NCBI GenBank assembly: GCA_964106645.2
Contig: OZ067042.1
Length of the DNA stretch: 64,000 nucleotides
Reading direction: 5' to 3' (one strand)
Source: Podarcis pityusensis
Lineage: Eukaryota
In this document: piece after piece, positions 61,063-64,000 of the stretch
Numbering within the stretch: the stretch's first letter is position 1
Layout: each line of letters opens with the position of its first letter
The notes under the pieces: model-generated
The model's input: the letters and a program-made list of their open reading frames with translations, nothing else
Database searches by the model: none
Told to the model about the DNA's origin: nothing
Translations under genes and position numbers: made by a program

Positions 61063-61404
61063 TATAAATTGTTTTGATAAATAAATATTAAATAAGATTG
61101 CTAGTAAGCACCAGCCTTTACAAGAACCATTAAAGAAGTGTTGGGGGGGGGGGGATAAAATTATATACCACTTAATATTGAAAGAAATCTGTAATATGGC
61201 GTAGTATTAGTATTCACTGAAAAAAGCATAATGTATTAGCTGAACAAAATTCAAGAAAGAGGGGCCTCTTTATTTGCTCTGGCCACACCAATATTATTAA
61301 AAAAGAGGGGGCTTACTTATTATGTATTGTTCACATCAGGTTTTTTAAAAAAAATATGTGGGAGCATGCGTATATTAATATGAACACAGTGGAAAATTGA
61401 AGTA

Positions 61405-61634
61405 CAGTGGTACCTCCGGTTACAAACTTAATTCGTTCCGGAGGCATTCTTAAGCCAAAACCATTCTTAAGATGAGGCATGCTTTCGCTAATGGCGCCTC
61501 CCACTGCTGCCATGCCACCTTCCGCTGGCATCCCGGGGCAAAGTTTGAAACTAGGGGCATCTACTTCTGGGTTAGCGGAGCTGTTTACCCGAAGCATTCG
61601 TAAGGAGGATGGTACGTAACCTGAGGTTCCACTG
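61405..61634. mobile_element. Tigger/pogo-like MITE
   Basis: TA|cagtggtacctccggttac...gtaacctgaggttccactg|TA. Confidence 0.9.
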
Positions 61635-63070
61635 TACACAGTGCTTTGCACAAAAATCAGAAATAATACAAATAATAACCTTAAGAAATAATAATAAAAA
61701 GTAGAATAAGACCTCTCATCTCTACTGTGCAGCATGAGGGTTTGTGGTGATCAGTGAACGACATTTCAAGTTGAAATACTGTGGTAGTTGGGAGTTCCTA
61801 AGCATTGCCAGAAATTAAACATAAACCAGGAATGGGGCTATTTAAACCAGTTTCCTGCACCCCTTTCCACTCAATTTGAGCCACTCAGTTAGGCTTCATG
61901 CCTATCCCCCTATTTTTTTGCTATCAAGAGCATGTGCCCTATTTTTTCTTTCAGGGAAATACTTTTAAATGGATCACATGTGGTAGAATATGTTTTTCAT
62001 CCTCCCCAGACACTGATGGAGGGTTCAGAATGGAGCCAATTTATACATGGGAATTCTTAGTACAACTCAGCAGGTGAACCAGCGGTGGAGGAGGAGCTAT
62101 TGGGTGGAAAAGAACACACACACAACCAAAAATAGTTGGATTATAGGGAAGTGATCAGACAGCAGCGGATACTGTGATTTCCCCAGGGATAGCAAGGGTA
62201 ACATATGGATAGTGGTGCTCAGGAGACTTAAATAAGTGATCGTTGCTCATCCTTGGTGGGAGGGTCCCCATGCCCAAATATAAACAGTTCAGGTTGACCA
62301 GAGGGCTGATGGAATATTTGTGGCAGGAGAGCCAAACCAGTCCCTTCTTCACCATTGGCCTGGTTGTTGTTTACTACAGAAATTTGTGGCCTTTTAAAAT
62401 CCAGTATCAGGTCTGACTCTTTTGTGCTGTCTGCACTGGAGAATTTCTGATGCATTGGTTCCACCTGGGAAACAAAACCAAGCTCCAAAACCTGGAAAGA
62501 CGTTGAGATTAGGTGAACTTAAAATGCATCCTAAAATGAAGCTTTATTTTCTGTACTTAAAGCTGCTCATATTGTTTTCCATCTGTTTCTTTGCTTCTTC
62601 AGTGAGGAAACACATATTTTTAGACACGAATTCTTTCAGTGGTTGTATATTTAAAACAACAAATGGATCGTCTTTCTGTTTTCCATCTTTAAATGACCAC
62701 CCGTGGTTGTTTGGCTCCGTAGAGTTATATGTTTTGACAGGAAGACATTCCTTGAGGGGGCACAACCAGTTTTGCAGTATGCAAACAAGATCAGACAGTG
62801 GTTTCGTTGTATCATTTATTATTTTCCCCATGATAATGTTTGTTACTAATGAGCCTGTGTTATTCATAGGGTGGATTTTTATATGCTAAAAATATATGTA
62901 CCCCAAAAGTGCTTTTGTGGCAGCACTTCACAGCTGTCAGGTAAGATATACTCCACTGCATTTATTAATACAGTAAGGAGAGGAAATGAGAGGCTAAAAC
63001 AAACAAACAGCACAGAGGAAAATACCAAGTTGATTATAAATAGTAAACAGAACTCTTGACCCTTCTACAC

Positions 63071-63072
<2 letters not shown>

Positions 63073-63100
<28 letters not shown>
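63073..63100. repeat. (TG)14 microsatellite
   Basis: Read directly from the sequence. Confidence 0.95.
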
Positions 63101-63104
<4 letters not shown>

Positions 63105-64000
63105 TGTGGTATTAGAATCAAATAAATTCCAGTTAAATTACTTTTATTGATGATTCCAAATTAATGTAACAATTTATTAAGATATTATTTAGAGTATAAT
63201 TATACAGGGATGGTAGAATAGAACATTATGATGGCCTCACACATTTCTGAAACCTTTCCTACTCACTTCTTACCTCAAGTCTATGCATGAGGTTGGGATT
63301 CAGATTAACCGCCCACATTTAAAAACATGTGAGGGGGCTTTAGGGTCACACTGTATAGCCTCAACCCCCCAAAAGTATCATTCTCAGCCACATGTTCAGC
63401 AAGCATGAGGTGTTCTGCATGTAAGGGGTGGATCCTGGCTCAGCCATGTATAAACATTGCACAAGGAGCATTCCAGATTGGCCCAAGTTTCCCCCTTGTG
63501 TGTAGAATCCATTCTAATGCTTACCAAACATACAGCGATTTGGTGTTTTGGCCAGTGGTCATTTGGGGAACAGGCAGGGCTGTGCTGTACATCATTAAAT
63601 GTAAGGGGTTGTACTGATTTTCTCTCTTCTAGTTAAGATACATGGGGTGGGGGGACCACTGAATGATTCCCTCCTCCTTAATTATCAACATAAAGTAGGT
63701 ATCCTGCTGTAAAGTTAAAGTTTTCACAGTGCTGGAGTAATTTAGGTCCCAATAGCATGCTGTTCATTTTTCTTCTTATGTTAACTGCAATTTAACTTAC
63801 TCTAAATCCCCTTTGATGAAATCTTCACACCATTGGAACACATGCAGAGTGTGAGAAAGGGGTATGAAATGTCACAGAAGAATCTTCCCCTTTGTGGAGG
63901 AGAATACACCATCATCATTATTACTACTACTACTACTACTATTACTTACTGTATATACTGCATAATGCCACAATAAGTTTTTAAGCAGTCACAAAGTACG

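Noticed and set aside
62544-62867. 107-aa ORF with WSFKDG, reminiscent of an RNase H motif
   Set aside because: No other RNase H or RT motifs at the expected spacing.

Overview
Vertebrate non-coding DNA (large intron or gene desert), almost certainly from a squamate reptile and probably a lacertid lizard, judged from Sauria SINEs with (TTTACC)n tails, Squam3-type tRNA SINEs with (CTT)n tails, Bov-B, L2, CR1, L1 and Penelope pieces. I could not recognise any host protein-coding exon, RNA gene or CRISPR array. Every ORF I can identify is a retrotransposon or transposase remnant; the rest look like chance ORFs. The AT-rich background carries about 45 interspersed elements, many with readable target-site duplications (TSDs): 6 Sauria SINE copies, 2 Squam3 SINEs, 2 solo LTRs, 7 Tigger/pogo-like TA MITEs sharing CAGTGGTACCTC ends plus one older TA MITE, about 10 hAT MITEs, and 5'-truncated LINEs. 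The most unusual items are a Bov-A-like bipartite Bov-B derivative (57631-57917), a 1.4 kb pogo-type element with a two-unit GC-rich minisatellite fused to a transposase C-terminus (53724-55157), covarying 3' hairpins among Sauria SINE subfamilies, two strong TE-derived hairpins, and a few unverified exon-like and enhancer-like segments. I see no firm evidence for a wholly new biological system. Family names come from recall of consensus sequences, not from a database search.
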